A stretch of 64,000 nt of DNA from an uncultured Pseudomonadota bacterium (lineage in GTDB: Bacteria; CALINM01). This document shows positions 62,151-64,000 of the stretch, piece by piece. The position numbers were made by a program, and so were the translations under genes. The first letter of the stretch is position 1. Every line of letters begins with the position of its first letter. Where the stretch lies: assembly GCA_964540515.1 (NCBI GenBank), contig CAZIMS010000009.1:28391-92390 (forward strand). Direction: 5' to 3'. The notes beneath the pieces are model-generated. The model saw only the letters and a list, made by a program, of their open reading frames with translations. It was not told the DNA's origin and made no database searches.

Positions 62151-62805
62151 AAATAACAAGATTTTAAGACATACAAGGAAAGAAATATTAATTCATTGGC
62201 TTGTAGCTATAAGTGGGATTGTATTGATTATTAGCGGCTTTGGTGAGATGCCAATGTATAAAAGGTATAATATAACTAAGATTCCATTTTTGCAATTTTT
62301 GGGTAGTTATGAGATCAACTTAATAATCCATTATGTTTTTGCAGCAATCTTTGTTTTTGCCGTATTTTTTCATATTTTTTATCATTCAAAAAAGAGAGAG
62401 TTTTCATTACTACCAAAGAAGGGAGACTTTAAAGAGAGTATACATGTGTTAAAGGCAATTATTAAAGGAGAAAAAGAGCCTCCCCATCTAAAGTTTTTGG
62501 CTGAACAAAGACTTGCCTATGTTGCCATTGGTTTTGTTAGTCTTATACTAATAGTAACAGGACTAATTAAAACTTATAAAAATTTAGGCCCAATAGTTTT
62601 AAACCCAGATTTTCTAATGATTGTCACATTGATTCATACGATTGCTACTATATTCTTTATTATATTGTTGATTTTACATTTAGGTGCTTTTATTGTTAAA
62701 GATAATAGAGAGCTTTTAAAGTCAATGTTTACAGGTTATGTGAATTATGATTATGCAAGAAGAAGACATCCAAAATGGTTAGAAGAAATGGAGAAACAAA
62801 ATTAA
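62143..62805 (+). CDS. Membrane b-type cytochrome (FdnI/HyaC-like quinone-interacting anchor)
   Basis: 220 aa, four TM helices with conserved histidines; translationally coupled to the FeS protein. Confidence 0.55.
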   Translation: MSKNNKILRHTRKEILIHWLVAISGIVLIISGFGEMPMYKRYNITKIPFLQFLGSYEINLIIHYVFAAIFVFAVFFHIFYHSKKREFSLLPKKGDFKESIHVLKAIIKGEKEPPHLKFLAEQRLAYVAIGFVSLILIVTGLIKTYKNLGPIVLNPDFLMIVTLIHTIATIFFIILLILHLGAFIVKDNRELLKSMFTGYVNYDYARRRHPKWLEEMEKQN

Positions 62806-63788
62806 GTAAGATGTTCATAGGAGAGGGGAGAGATCTTTATCCTTTTATTATCTCTTTCTAGATACAATCCTTTAGGGATAATCTCTCCTGCTATGGCTAA
62901 GGGTACTTTCAACTTTTTTGCTAAAGAGTATATTTTGACTTTGTTATCTTTGTTAGCGGTAAATAGAAGCTCGTAGTCATCTCCACCATTAAGGATAAAG
63001 CTATCTATCTCTCTATTACTAAAAAATTTTTTTAAAGTTTCTGAAGAGTTTTCTTTTAAAAAGTTTTCATAAATAAGGGCACCACATTCACTCTCCTCAA
63101 GAATATGGAAGAGGTCTCCTAAAAAACCATCACTTATATCAATCATAGAATTAATTAATCTTTCTTTCGCAAGCATTAAAGCAAAATCCATTCTTAAATT
63201 AGGTCTTAAAAATTTCTCAACATAGCAAGATAATGCTTTATCTCTTATATGTTTTTTTAAGATATGTAATCCAGCCGAGGCCATACCGATTTTACCAGTG
63301 TAGTAAATATAATCCCCTACCTTTGCCCCTCCTCTAAAAATTGGATTATTTTTCATTTTACCTATAGCTGATACAGATATAGCAAGAGTTTTACAGGTAG
63401 ATATGTCGCCACCAATTATGGCAACATTATATTTTAGAGAGGCTTCTTTTATACCCATAAGAATTTGATCGATATATGTATTTTTAAACTTTGGTGGGAT
63501 GAGTAGATTGAGTAAATAAAACTCTGGGGTACCACCCATAGCAATTATATCGCTTATTGATCTGACTATCGCCTTGTAACCAATAGACTTATAATCCATT
63601 CCTATAGATATGTCAAAATGAACACCTTCCACCATATTGTCAACCGTATAAAGGTTGTAATTATTAAATTTTTTAATTACAGCGCAGTCATCACCAATGG
63701 CTTTAAAGATATTTTTTTTTTCTGGGAATAGTTTTTTTATTTTTTTTATGAGCTCAAACTCAGAGTAAGATGTCTTTTGTTTTTTCAT
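62802..63788 (-). CDS. thiL: Thiamine-monophosphate kinase
   Basis: AIR-synthase-related fold (AIGDDCAV...), 328 aa. Confidence 0.85.
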   Translation of the reverse strand: MKKQKTSYSEFELIKKIKKLFPEKKNIFKAIGDDCAVIKKFNNYNLYTVDNMVEGVHFDISIGMDYKSIGYKAIVRSISDIIAMGGTPEFYLLNLLIPPKFKNTYIDQILMGIKEASLKYNVAIIGGDISTCKTLAISVSAIGKMKNNPIFRGGAKVGDYIYYTGKIGMASAGLHILKKHIRDKALSCYVEKFLRPNLRMDFALMLAKERLINSMIDISDGFLGDLFHILEESECGALIYENFLKENSSETLKKFFSNREIDSFILNGGDDYELLFTANKDNKVKIYSLAKKLKVPLAIAGEIIPKGLYLERDNKRIKISPLSYEHLT

Positions 63789-64000
63789 GGGTTAGGTGTT
63801 GAGTCTTTTATATACTGGTATTCTTCCATGATGCCCTGCCATAACCCTTTTGCCTTGAGAATTATCTCGCAAACCTCTCTTACTGCCCCTTTCCCTGCGT
63901 AATTAAGGGTTATGTAGTCCACCTCATCTCTAACATCGTAGGATGCATCAGGCACAGTAACTCGAAAACCAACTCTTTTAAAGACAGGGATATCTACTAT
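63785..64000 (-). CDS. kdsC: KdsC-like HAD-IIIA phosphatase, C-terminal fragment (N-terminus beyond window)
   Basis: Manual translation ...NYAGKGAVREVCEIILKAKGLWQGI...; stop overlaps thiL start (ATGA). Confidence 0.6.
   Translation of the reverse strand: MVDIPVFKRVGFRVTVPDASYDVRDEVDYITLNYAGKGAVREVCEIILKAKGLWQGIMEEYQYIKDSTPNP

Overview
Low-GC (roughly one-third GC) bacterial chromosomal segment, gene-dense, with no CRISPR array, transposase, integrase or rRNA found. Lineage cannot be assigned from sequence alone; the gene content suggests an anaerobe. All protein calls rest on reading the supplied translations for family motifs, not on database searches. Main content, in order: (1) a compact minus-strand nitrogenase operon nifH-nifD-nifK-nifB-modBCA-nifEN(fused)-nifX-nifI1-nifI2 (53..10619), with a sigma-54 type -24/-12 element and a TGT-N10-ACA motif upstream of nifH; (2) a FadL-family outer-membrane gene split by a frameshift; (3) a tRNA-Sec (anticodon TCA) with a near-consensus promoter, directly upstream of tatA; (4) a 10-gene Mrp-type cation/proton antiporter cluster; (5) a feoB iron-uptake locus with a Fur-box-like palindrome over its promoter, an unlisted 59-aa Cys-rich ORF and a DtxR-family regulator; (6) housekeeping genes (queC, ileS, lspA, lgt, pabBC, thiL, partial kdsC, trmL, mtgA, tsaC); (7) the most unusual locus: the [FeFe]-hydrogenase maturase genes hydG-hydE-hydF sit in one operon with a sigma-54 enhancer-binding protein whose N-terminus looks like an [FeFe]-hydrogenase H-cluster domain, with no structural hydrogenase in the window. 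That is a candidate maturase-dependent H2/redox-sensing transcription factor. Other items: an HD-GYP response regulator with hybrid histidine kinase, an apparently orphan Tat-exported FeS protein plus cytochrome b pair, small Cys-rich ORFs below the ORF-track cutoff, a 17-bp tandem repeat and an orphan terminator-like hairpin. Hand-derived coordinates for short motifs may be off by a base or two.
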